Made by a program: the position numbers and the translations under genes
Notes under the pieces: generated by a model
What the model saw: only the letters and a program-made list of their open reading frames with translations
The model's database searches: none
What the model was told of the DNA's origin: nothing
Part shown: positions 37,001-46,769 of the stretch, piece after piece
How positions within the stretch are numbered: the first letter of the stretch is position 1
Layout of the letters: every line of letters starts with the position of its first letter
Assembly (NCBI GenBank): GCA_044892525.1
Contig: CM097885.1
Span: 18,788,001-18,852,000 of the forward strand
Length of the DNA stretch: 64,000 nt
From: Schmidtea polychroa
Taxonomy: Eukaryota
Reading direction: 5' to 3'

Positions 37001-39153
37001 CAATGGAAATGACAGCAATGGACATCGTTGGTCCATTGCCGGAAACAACAAATGGCAAAAAATACATTATCGTTTTTTGCGATTATCTTACTAAATGGCC
37101 AGAAGCTTATGCAATGCCAAATCAGAAAGCAGAAACAGTTGCGAAAATATTTGTGGAGAATATTATTTTTCGATACGGAGCACCAAAGAAATTACTTACA
37201 GATCAAGGAACAAATTTTCAGAGTGAATTATTTAAATCAATCACAGATTTATTTGGTATATTGAAACTTAGTACCTCACCATATCATCCACAGACAGATG
37301 GTCTAGTTGAAAGATTTAATGGGACACTAATTAATATGATATCATCCTATGTAAATAGGAAACAAAAGGATTGGGATTTATTCATTAAACCATGCTTATT
37401 TGCATACCGGAATGCAGTAAATGAAAGCACTGGAGAAACACCCTTTTATCTCATGTATCTACGACGAAACAATATGCCAGTCGATCTAGAATTTCAGTCG
37501 CCTATTTCCCAATATATGGATGTGTCAGATTATAAAATAGCTATGCATGAAAGACTACAGTTAGTATGGATCCAAGCTGGACTTAACATAAGGCATCATC
37601 AAGAAGCGTATAAAGAATGCTATGATAAACGCGCACGGGCGCATGACATTAAAATTGGAGATCTCGTGTATATAAACAAACCAGAACCAACAAAAGGCTT
37701 GTCAACGAAATTGCAACGACCGTTTAAAGGACCATATCTAGTGTGTGATACGACAGAGACTAACTTAAAATTGCGTCCACAAAACAATAAAAAGGCTGGG
37801 ACAATCATCGTTCATGTAAATAGATGCAAAAAGATAATAGAAGATGAATCACGTTATCCATTGAGATCAAAGCCAAATAAAGATGCAGGGAACCCAGTAA
37901 TTAAACAAAAGTTTACAAAAAACCCTGCTCCATTGAGTTACATCAATAAAGTTTTATTGATTACAACAGTAATGATTATCAATATAATGTCAGTAAATGC
38001 AGTGAGAGTATTCCCGTTATATGCAACTAATACAGTTGTATTATTAGACAAAGTTCATATTTATTCAACATGTACTCAAATAGTTTGGGTTTATTATGCT
38101 GGAGGAGCAGAAGAAATAGAGATAAATAATCTAATAAACTATTTTGAACCCCCAATAAAATTGAACAGCACCAAAAATATTTATGTGGCTAGACAATTAA
38201 CAATGAATTATGAATACCCTTGGTTAATTACGCAATTGGATTCGAAAAGTAATAATACAAAAATACAAAATCTTATACGCATTAATATTTGGACAAAGAG
38301 ATTACATAATCGAGTATCAATTGAACCACTGGTAAATGGAATTGACATATATTGGGAACCCCAGGAATCCCAACAAGTAAAAGCAGTTTTTCAAAATTAT
38401 GCGATAGATACATTGAATAGCAGAAAACCCTTTATAAAGTATGCAAATTTAAAATTACATCATAACTATAATATTCTGATTCACTATTATGAAAAATCTT
38501 TATACGAAAACGGAACTGAAATTGATAGTCAATGGATCAGAATACACTCTAGTCAACATATGATACGATTAGTTAATGAAACAAATCGGGTTACTTTTCA
38601 TATTTTCAATCAATTAGTGAATGTTACCCGACAAGCGGAGCCCAATCAAAAAGCTATTTTATATTATTATGGAAAAATTCAATCGATATTAAATGAAAAA
38701 AATAAATCTCAAATATTAACTTTTCGTCAACGTTCACCAATATCGACGTCAAAATTTGTGTTCATTAAAATAAAATACTATAGACGTTCTCTATTTTCAA
38801 ATCTATGGCAATTAACTTTAGTGGAAAATAAAATTGTGCAAATTCCATCTATTAACTCGCAGTATGGAAATCGAAACAAATCAAATCAGTCCAACCAAAC
38901 CCCTAGCTCTGCCAACGTAATCATCTTTTCTAGCATCAATGAGTCAATGACTAATAACGAAACCATATCGTCATTAAAAACTGACAGTGAAATTGTGTGT
39001 GTAACATTATTAATAACTACTCTCATTATAACAATCTCTCTCATTATTCTCATTATCATTGTGCTAATTGAATTTCGAACAATACCCAAACCTTCTACGA
39101 ATCGATCCGAGATTGCGAGACCTTGGATCGTTTATGAAGAAACATTTGTGTAG
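33865..39153 (+). CDS. pol: ORF2 polyprotein: glycoprotein C-terminal TM and tail - protease - RT - RNase H - integrase - FN3-like type I membrane protein
   Basis: Frame open from 33865 (track ATG at 33913). LLDSGS (D at 34513), YIDD (35725), TDAS, HHCC, D-D-E and GPY motifs; second signal peptide at 37951-38001; TM at 38992-39069. Confidence 0.95.
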   Translation, partial: CLRYQACAGLIGIYVIMITAKVVVSQMLSVHRIYVISGWSWKLVIGCIPLLARFFITDHQFKEMARVRAQLRNGRKSEESTCQSEDKNDNHNDDNNNGESEHKCFRKSAIKSKVEPESRFLLEPMPKLSGIDTLSRWYTPTFRPTAPVYPSEKLKEMKSVDNITIELEKIEPTSAEIERKNMLGLPCSYALMTTVVGGKQPRINIQFNKRKVEALLDSGSSHTIVAESFLTYQEKAKIKPTNHIIKSMSHNALNIVGKLEVKLIIGDQEIIHWVSVMRKSPVKCLIGMDVMEQLRGISLDLRTGKLIKGQMGEVVPEVGEVFLNQTLEVPPKSEVIYYADVMRVSDEEYIFEPNQKLVEKYDVPMCDEVVKVQNKSVPVRIANYSARSVEIKPKTKLGKLTKIKSEEAQKLPRNIKIYKEPQITSKDLTDLQKQEFSALLKKYRNVFAKHEYDLGLTQVIEHEIPLLNETPIKLRPYRIPYIHQEESDRQIKAMKEFNIIRDSSSPFSSSIVVVKKKDGDLRFCVDYRKLNQVTRKDTYPIPVPQEMFDQMGEVQYFTVIDLNKGYNQFKVKEEDRRKTAFSDGKGLYEFNVLPFGLTGAPATFQRGMNFVLRDIPHALVYIDDIIIFSNSFQEHLQDVETVFKRLLEANLKIKPSKCEWRKSEVVYVGHIISRRGLQPNPENVEKIKEYPIPKDVDQVRQFLGLASYYRKFIKSFSHVAQPLNMLLKKQAKFKWTKAQQEAFDKLKESLIKQPILRCPNFKKPFILMTDASNFALGAVLGQQVEWEKDHVIAYASRSLKPHEKNYSTIEKETLALVYGITTFRQYLVGRKFVVFTDHNPLQWLMKHRDSASKLIRWSIALQEYDFEIKYRTGKSNANADAMSRIPVENNVDQDEKNCENTIFMAIKTANNIEKLQDDQENDEELNQLRQHAVTIKKESDWKHIAEENHKYIIHDGLLKCVQNENLLIIVPTKHRKSLLLLYHDGALGGHLSARKTLSRLKQKYYWKTMEQDVRQWCHTCEICLTRRNTGRKIKVPLKPMPVPKAPMEMTAMDIVGPLPETTNGKKYIIVFCDYLTKWPEAYAMPNQKAETVAKIFVENIIFRYGAPKKLLTDQGTNFQSELFKSITDLFGILKLSTSPYHPQTDGLVERFNGTLINMISSYVNRKQKDWDLFIKPCLFAYRNAVNESTGETPFYLMYLRRNNMPVDLEFQSPISQYMDVSDYKIAMHERLQLVWIQAGLNIRHHQEAYKECYDKRARAHDIKIGDLVYINKPEPTKGLSTKLQRPFKGPYLVCDTTETNLKLRPQNNKKAGTIIVHVNRCKKIIEDESRYPLRSKPNKDAGNPVIKQKFTKNPAPLSYINKVLLITTVMIINIMSVNAVRVFPLYATNTVVLLDKVHIYSTCTQIVWVYYAGGAEEIEINNLINYFEPPIKLNSTKNIYVARQLTMNYEYPWLITQLDSKSNNTKIQNLIRINIWTKRLHNRVSIEPLVNGIDIYWEPQESQQVKAVFQNYAIDTLNSRKPFIKYANLKLHHNYNILIHYYEKSLYENGTEIDSQWIRIHSSQHMIRLVNETNRVTFHIFNQLVNVTRQAEPNQKAILYYYGKIQSILNEKNKSQILTFRQRSPISTSKFVFIKIKYYRRSLFSNLWQLTLVENKIVQIPSINSQYGNRNKSNQSNQTPSSANVIIFSSINESMTNNETISSLKTDSEIVCVTLLITTLIITISLIILIIIVLIEFRTIPKPSTNRSEIARPWIVYEETFV

Positions 39154-39585
39154 TAAGACATAAATACTTTGCATGCAAAAATTGATAAAGTAGTAGTAGT
39201 AATATAGTATAAATATTTTATGGATATTATTAATATTTTTTTTCTTTATGGATATGATCAATATTTCATTTTATTTTACTTGTGAATCTGCACTTTTCAA
39301 TGTCAACGGAAAGAATCAATTTGATTGGTTAGCGCTGTGTTAAGGGGGAGAAAAAAACGGGGTTAAGGGAATTTTCATAAGGGTATTAAAAGAGGGTAAA
39401 ATCCATTAAACTCCATTAATTTTCAAAAAAATATATATATCAACAATTAACTAAACGGTAATTATTATTATTATTATTATTTATACAGCTAGTAGCTGGG
39501 ACAGTATCCTTCGGATACTTCATCTCAGCCCTAGTTTTAAAAGTAAAGTAAATTCAAACGTTAAATTATAACTATTTTAGCAAAA

Positions 39586-41046
39586 ATGGAACAAGTACAA
39601 TGGACAAGATCCACCTACGACAGTTACTTCAAGATGCAGAAAAATCATGCCAGCCAACAATTATACGAAATCAATGAAAATTTACAAATTCCAAATTATT
39701 TGAGGATAGATGACAGAAGAATGAAGATACGAATGTTTACAATAAGGAGAAATTCAGAATTGAAATTGACAGATGAAATTGAGTTGTCTCGGAAGGAAGA
39801 ATATCACATACACGTGATCAGAGGTACAGTGGAAGTGCTGAAGAACGATAATACAATATGGTGGCAACTTCGAAAATTCACATCGTGGAAGCTGCAGAAG
39901 GACTCCATGTGGAGAACACTACGAGCAGCGAATGAGGAGACAACGTTGGTGGTGGAAATCAGAACTGAGAATGAAGCGGATGAGGTACCACAGATGCATC
40001 TAATTGAAGGAGAAGACCCAATGTTATTGAAAATTTCAAAGGAAATGTTGAAAAAGAAAATGTCGTTTCTCAGAAAAGAAATGGATCTAGAAGAAATCCG
40101 CAGTAGAATATTATTCATTGATGCTGAATATGGCACATCAGAGCAAGGGAAAATGGTCCCTTTAGCAATAGCAATTATGAATTATTATGGGAAAGTAGTA
40201 AAAGATGTATACCTCACTCCAAGAGGAAAAATCCGACATTTTAATTCAAGGATCCATGGAATTACAGAAGTGGCCAGCAGGAACCAATGTGATCAATATG
40301 TGGCAATGAAAGAGATACAACGCTTGACAGTAGGCAAAATATTGATCGGCCATGATTTGCATGCAGAATTACAATACTTGGGGATATGGATTGAACAATT
40401 GTACGGCATTCGAGATCTAGCAGCAGCACCAATACTTCAGAACATGGGAGTAACCATAAGGGGAGAATGGTTCAAACTACAAACAGTGGTGAAAGAAATA
40501 TGTGGAGAACAGACTCAGATGAGTATTCATTCGGCTCTCGAGGACGTGAAAAGTATACGCAAGGTATACCAGAAAGTGGAAAGTCAATGGATTGATGACA
40601 TACCGATGCCCAAAAATCAACCGTCAAAGCGATATTCGTGGGATGAATATAAGAAGCTTCGGGAAATTGAATCAACATCAACTGCAATACCAGAAAAACT
40701 AACGCAAATTCCAATTGAAGATGTAATGGAATCTGAAGAAATTGATTTAACATTCGAGGAGAATGTGACGATGGATAGTGAAAATCCATTGATTCAACTG
40801 AAGTGGGCCAATGAATCATTCTTAGAAATTGCGGAAGGTGTCGCATTAATGGTAAGCATACCGATGATAAGGATACATCCAACACTTGAATATGGTCCAA
40901 TGCCAGAATGTAGAAAATCCAAAAAGAGAAAAACAACTTCGAACATTGATGTCGGAGACACTGTCAATGGTGTAGTATATGAACGCGAAGAAACAATAAT
41001 ACGATATCGGCATGAAACGAAACGATTAGAAATAAAGATGGATTAA
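39586..41046 (+). CDS. ORF3: cupin-like N-terminus + DEDDh 3'-5' exonuclease (REX4/ISG20-like)
   Basis: ExoI FIDAEY (40120), HGIT, ExoII-like LIGHDLHAEL, ExoIII HSALED; intact 486 aa. Confidence 0.85.
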   Translation: MEQVQWTRSTYDSYFKMQKNHASQQLYEINENLQIPNYLRIDDRRMKIRMFTIRRNSELKLTDEIELSRKEEYHIHVIRGTVEVLKNDNTIWWQLRKFTSWKLQKDSMWRTLRAANEETTLVVEIRTENEADEVPQMHLIEGEDPMLLKISKEMLKKKMSFLRKEMDLEEIRSRILFIDAEYGTSEQGKMVPLAIAIMNYYGKVVKDVYLTPRGKIRHFNSRIHGITEVASRNQCDQYVAMKEIQRLTVGKILIGHDLHAELQYLGIWIEQLYGIRDLAAAPILQNMGVTIRGEWFKLQTVVKEICGEQTQMSIHSALEDVKSIRKVYQKVESQWIDDIPMPKNQPSKRYSWDEYKKLREIESTSTAIPEKLTQIPIEDVMESEEIDLTFEENVTMDSENPLIQLKWANESFLEIAEGVALMVSIPMIRIHPTLEYGPMPECRKSKKRKTTSNIDVGDTVNGVVYEREETIIRYRHETKRLEIKMD

Positions 41047-41659
41047 TTTTTATATATTGTATTTATAAAATAAATAATTGTGAACTCGATTTTGTCTCAT
41101 GTATTTATTGGCAGCGCATCAGTTAGACCCCAAAATAAGAATAAATAAGTAAATAATTGAGAGTAAATAAATAATCAAATAAATAAATAAAACTATTATT
41201 GTGTATAACAACAAACACATTTCCAATTGTCGGGGTTTGGCTACCCTGGACAACAATTGGAAATGAGTGGTTGTAAAGAGCCACATAAACAGGTTGCGAC
41301 AAATCATAACAATTTATAATTTATTAGACAAAAAGGAATTGATAAATATTTTCAAATCATAATAGAAATTTTCGATATTTATAATTCATTTAAACAAATT
41401 TAAAATATTAATTCATAAAAATAATATATATATATTGCCAAAGAAAATATTGAATTCACTGACTCAGCCACTTGTAGGCGAAAAGATAACAAACATTTTT
41501 ACCAAAAAAAAATTATAACATAATAACAGTAAGAGACCTTGAACAAATACTTGGAAATGTTGTTTGAAAGCAAGTGATAAAATAAATTTATTCAATATAA
41601 AATCACACTTTCCATTTCATTTTATTTAAATTGTTATAGATAATTATGGAATATCTTAC

Positions 41660-42033
41660 CTGAAATATCACATAAAACATTAAGATCGCGCAGCCTGAAT
41701 TAACTCGATATTTACAAATAATTAATGCACTTCCCATTAATTGACAAATAATATTTATTAGTAGAAAAAATTCAATAATCAAAGAATTCATTTTCCCATA
41801 AACTGGAAATAAAATCTATTTGTTCACTCCACGGGGTAATTAATTGATATCCATCTTCAATAAAGGTCGACACTAAACAAACTCGAGCAATATGAGGTAA
41901 GAATCGACGTGTCTTTCTAATTACCTAGCATACAACTGAAAATTGAAAAGAAAATATACAAATTTACTATATCAGCATAATTCTCTAAATTTGTCAAACA
42001 ATCCTTTTTATTATTTCGAATAGAATCAACCAT
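41660..42033 (-). CDS. SURF4: SURF4/Erv29-like gene (N-terminal part), antisense inside the LTR element; exons 42033-41968 and 41924-41660; one +1 frameshift near 41795
   Basis: Spliced read MVDSIRNNKKDCLTNLENYADI|VIRKTRRFLPHIARVCLVSTFIEDGYQLITPWSEQIDFISSLW-MNSLIIEFFLLINIICQLMGSALII, versus SURF4 as recalled ([45 protein letters not shown]). 43-nt GT-AG intron. Confidence 0.85.
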
Positions 42034-43584
42034 TAAGAAATTTACAACGTAGTAATTTAAAATTAAAATTAGTCTAATTATTCAAGTTTATAAACTCGAT
42101 AAGTGATTGTATTTTCTTTTCTGTAAAAATATAATTTTCTGTTATTACATTTTAATAAAAAAATAAAATAAATGGCATACCGATTTCTTTACACTTTGTT
42201 CATTTTCCAAGAACTCTCAGAAAATAGTTTGGCATTTTATCTGCAACAATATCAAAGCTCATTATATAGTTTTATAACGAGCCTAAGTGAGCAAGCGAAC
42301 GGTTCGTGGTCTTATCTGTTGGCGATATGTGTCGAGTCCAGTGTCTTTCTAAACTGAAATTAGCCGTCTCTAAAATCGCTTGAAGTTCTGCAATAAAAGT
42401 CAATGACTAGTTCCAATTTGATGGCTGTCGTGTTAAAATGAAATGACTTAATCGCCTATCACACACATACACGAGAGAAGAGGGAAAGTGACACACCTCC
42501 TAGTATGAAAGAAGTCAAAACAACAAAACAAATTAAATTACCCTTGAATTAGTCCAAATTGTAGATGTGTAACAAATTCAATCGGATGATTGGTGGATTT
42601 AATTATCATTTTCCTTTTGGAATTTTCCTATCTCCCGTCAAAAGTGCAAACCAATTTCTTAAATAATTTCGGTTTTAGATCTGAAATTGAAAAACAAATT
42701 GAATTACCCTCAACTGCAATTGAATTAGTTGATTGGATCAAAAAGAGAAAAACCGCAACTACAATTGAATTAGTTAAATAAATTTTTTTCAACAAATTCC
42801 AAAAACGTGATATATTTTGTTTTAATGGCATGCTAATATTTCATGAAGGAGGCAGTGAATAACAAAACAAAAATGTCAAATTATAATTCAGAATGATTTT
42901 CTTAGAGATTATTGGAAAATATAAAATAATAAAATATTGTTTTGGTTGACATTTAAGAAACAGAATTGTCAAAAGCAGCTGAATAAATATGAAAAATAAA
43001 TTTTTTTCAACAAATTCCACCATGTTCAACTAAGTTGAATAACAAAATAATTTTTTTTAAATTATTATTAATATTATTATTATATCAAACTGATTTTCTC
43101 ATTAATTTCTTTTGTTTCTCTTTTGGAAAAAAATTCTGTGAAATAATAGTTTAAAATAAATAGCTAAGCAACTATCTGTGATGAACCCAACTTGATATCA
43201 TATTGTATACACTGCACAGTGCATTTCATCATGTACAAACAAATATTATGATGCCCGATACACAACTGTCACCAATATTACAATTATTATCATCATCATT
43301 ATTAATTATTATTAGTATTGTTATCGGTAGTATTATTATCGTCATTATTATTGTTATTAGTATTAACATTATTATTTATATTAAGTAGTGTGAGGATGAT
43401 GGGGGGGGGGGGGGGAGTCGAATAAGGAAATTTCAAAATAAAATATCTCAGATTTAAAATCATTGGCAAAGGCAATAGCTAAAATAGGTAGATAGCAATC
43501 CATTTTTATTATTATTATTATTATTGTTATTACTGTATGGTAAATTTGACTTATTATATGCAGATTCGAGGTCGAATCTAAATT

Positions 43585-43595
43585 AAAGGGGGAGA
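43585..43595 (+). promoter_or_regulatory. Polypurine tract
   Basis: AAAGGGGGAGA, 2 nt upstream of the 3' LTR. Confidence 0.9.
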
Positions 43596-43597
43596 TA

Positions 43598-44459
43598 TGT
43601 TGGGGTTCAACAAGAGAGGCACAAAAATGAGGTGAAAATTGACAAAAACACCAAATTCAGAATAAAAATTTAAAGTACAAAATATTAATTAAAAATCAAA
43701 AATTTTAAAAAAATGAATATTTTCTGGGGGAAACTGGTATGGGCGGATGCTAAATAATGAGACGAGTTCAGCTATAATAAAATAAAATCAATGGGGGGTC
43801 CCTAAAAGGAATAAATTACAAAAAACAAAAATTAATTAAAAATTAATTAACTAATGGAAAACCCGAGCTAATGGGAAACCCGATACAATGGAAAACCCGA
43901 GCGAATTGAGAAATCCAATTTCGGGAAGGCAATTAATTTAGCCGGAGAAATCTAATTTTGGGAAGGCAATTAATTTAGCCGGATAAAAAGTAAAAAGCGC
44001 CGTCAAACAAATTCCATTCAATTAAATTAGATCTCCAAGAGGAAGCCCGGGGGGAAATAGGACCAAAGATAATTGGCAAAAATAAAGTCAATTATTAAAC
44101 GAGTATAAAAGCAACTGGCAAGAAAACAAAATGCCAGTTGGTCGAAGAAAAGAAAATAGAAGTTTGAAGAGAGCGAAAAGGGAAATATTAAAGTTAGTAG
44201 AAATTAAACCATTTAAAAATCGAACGTACCAGAAAGGGACATCTCCCGTTGGAAGATCTACCCCTGCGTGAGATTTGTTAATAAATTGAAAAGTGCAGAC
44301 AAAACCTGATTGTATCAAGTGTGAGTAAACTAATACAAGTGTAAAAGTGTAACTGCATCAGTGTCAATAAAGATTTTGTGTTGGGTTATTTATTTATTTA
44401 TTTGCAAAAGAACACAAAGGAGTCAGACCGTAGTACCGACTTACATTGAAAACCCAACA
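43598..44459 (+). repeat. 3' LTR (862 bp)
   Basis: Matches the 5' LTR apart from two fewer 17-bp repeats, one extra G and one A/G substitution that I could see. Confidence 0.97.
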
Positions 44460-44487
44460 ATAGTAACGTTTTATTGATAATCATGTT

Positions 44488-44845
44488 ACTAATAATAATA
44501 ATAATAATAATGATAATAATAATAATAATGATAATAATAATAATAATAATAAAATAATAATAATAAAATAATACTAAAATAATAGTATTAGTAATAATAA
44601 TAATAATGGTAATGATAATAATAATGATAATAACAATAATACTAATAACAATAGTACTATTAATAATAACTATAATGATAATTATGGTAATAGTAATGGT
44701 AATAATAATGATAATGCTAATGATAATGCTGGGAAAAATAATAGTATTAATAATAATAATAATAATGATAATAATAGTAATAATAGTAGTAATATGATAA
44801 TAACCATAATAATAATTATAGCAATAGTAATGGTAACAATAATAG
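44488..44845. repeat. Degenerate (AAT)n low-complexity tract
   Basis: aataataat/gataat/agtaat runs. Confidence 0.9.
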
Positions 44846-46769
44846 TAGGAGTTGTTGTCTTAGAGTAATTCAATTGACGACTATATGATTCGAAGGGGTA
44901 GTTATAGAAGATTTTTACAATCAAAATATATACATATCATTATCATAATTATGGGGAAAATACGGTTGGGTTTTAAAAATTTCTAAAGTATTTATATAAT
45001 ATATACTACAGTAAACACAAAATCTTGACGGAATTGATTAAGGGTTATCCTATAATTAAGCAAATAGACATGAACCAAAAATCGTATTTTATTTTATAGT
45101 ATCTATATAACTAGTATATGTATGACAAAAACTTTGAACTAATTTAGGCATTTTAAGGGCATTCATATGGCCCCAAAATGAGGACTCTGTTTTAATTCCA
45201 AGCAGTTATATAACCGATGCTTACTAGGTAAGGCAATAAACATAAAAATACTTTGAAATAACTAAAGTGATGATTTATAATTATTCGAATAGATATGAAT
45301 TAAGGATTATATTTTAATTTTTAAAGTAGTTACCTAGCCAGTATATAGTATGTATGACGATGAACAGGAGAACTTTCATGGAATGATCTGAGAGTCATTA
45401 TATAATAATTAGTCACATTCATGTAAATGTTAATAGATAAATTCTTATAACACGATTCTAGAGGGTGGGGTTTAATAATAAATCTCTATTAACCAAACAA
45501 TAGGGCTACCGGGTATATGTTTAGAGAACGTCCTTTGGGTAGGGCAGATTCTAATATATACATTTCTAAAATAGTCAGGTGATGTTGATACTAGTAAGTA
45601 TATGTAGGAAATCTTTTATCTAGTACCAAGTTAATAATTAGTATAGGCATATATACATCCTAATGATATCGGTTTGGAATATAATGTCCACATTAACCTA
45701 AAATTATATGAAGCACAAGTTTGGCTCGCATGGGTTTAAAATCGTTATCCAAGAATAATTACACCATCGCATTTAAATTAGATTCGGGCTTTTTGATTAT
45801 AAACTTTCGGATTTAAATATGATTACCAGTAATCTCGATAAGAGTAAATTAATAATATTTGATATCAAAAATATTAAACATTTGAATAGTTTGTGTAATT
45901 AGCCGACTACTTGAGAACTTTCGTGATCATTTAAGTCTGGGATATTTCCCGTTTAGATTTTCTTAATGATGTATTCCTATAGAATAGTTGAGTGTGTATT
46001 TTAGATATGTCGTTTACCGGAAGGTCGAATTAATTAAAATTTTCCTACTTTCCCGACTCAACTGAATACGGTACGATAGGCCTTATTGTATTATGTTTCC
46101 CGCGATTACTAGCCCAAATTTTATTTCGTCCGCATAGTCCCTGCGACTATGCCAACTACCTGGATGGATTTACCGCCCTACTCCTGGTTAGAAACCATTT
46201 GTTCGCGGCGACCTTCCGGTTAAAAAAAATGAAATTTTGTGCATGTAGGGTCGTAGACCCGATTGTGTGCGTGTAGACTATCAGTTGGAAACAAGGCTGA
46301 TCAGCGTCGCGAATACAACCCGTTGACGACGCTGGTCACTCTTGTTACGTAATAGTAAAATGATGACAAAAAGGACAAAATTAATAATCAATATAATTTA
46401 GCATAAAATAACAATTATATAATCAATAAAAATCAATCACCCTTACTTTCAATACTTGGTGTTTCAGAAAATATTTTTGGCATACAAAAATATCTGAATT
46501 GTGACGAAAATGCGTCGGTAATAAGTCAATCTAGTGTAGAAATCCCGAAGAGCTTTAACCAAAATCAATAACTTCGAGAGGCGCTTGTCAATAAACAAAT
46601 CAAATTAAAAAGTAACTCTAATTATGAGAACGATAAAGCAAGAGGAGACGAGCTTGGAAAATCGCCAGTTAGTCGAAAACTAATTTTGAAAATTTCAAAT
46701 GTTTGAATAAATAAAACAAAATCAAAGATATATTAGTACCAGCCAATATTAAAATTAATTCATTGTAAA

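Larger units (their letters stand above)
28558..44459 (+). mobile_element. Full-length 15.9-kb Ty3/Gypsy LTR retrotransposon / endogenous retrovirus-like element with accessory genes
   Basis: Paired TG...CA LTRs; 4-bp TSD ATAG (28554-28557, 44460-44463); PBS and PPT present; PR-RT-RH-IN order. Confidence 0.97.
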
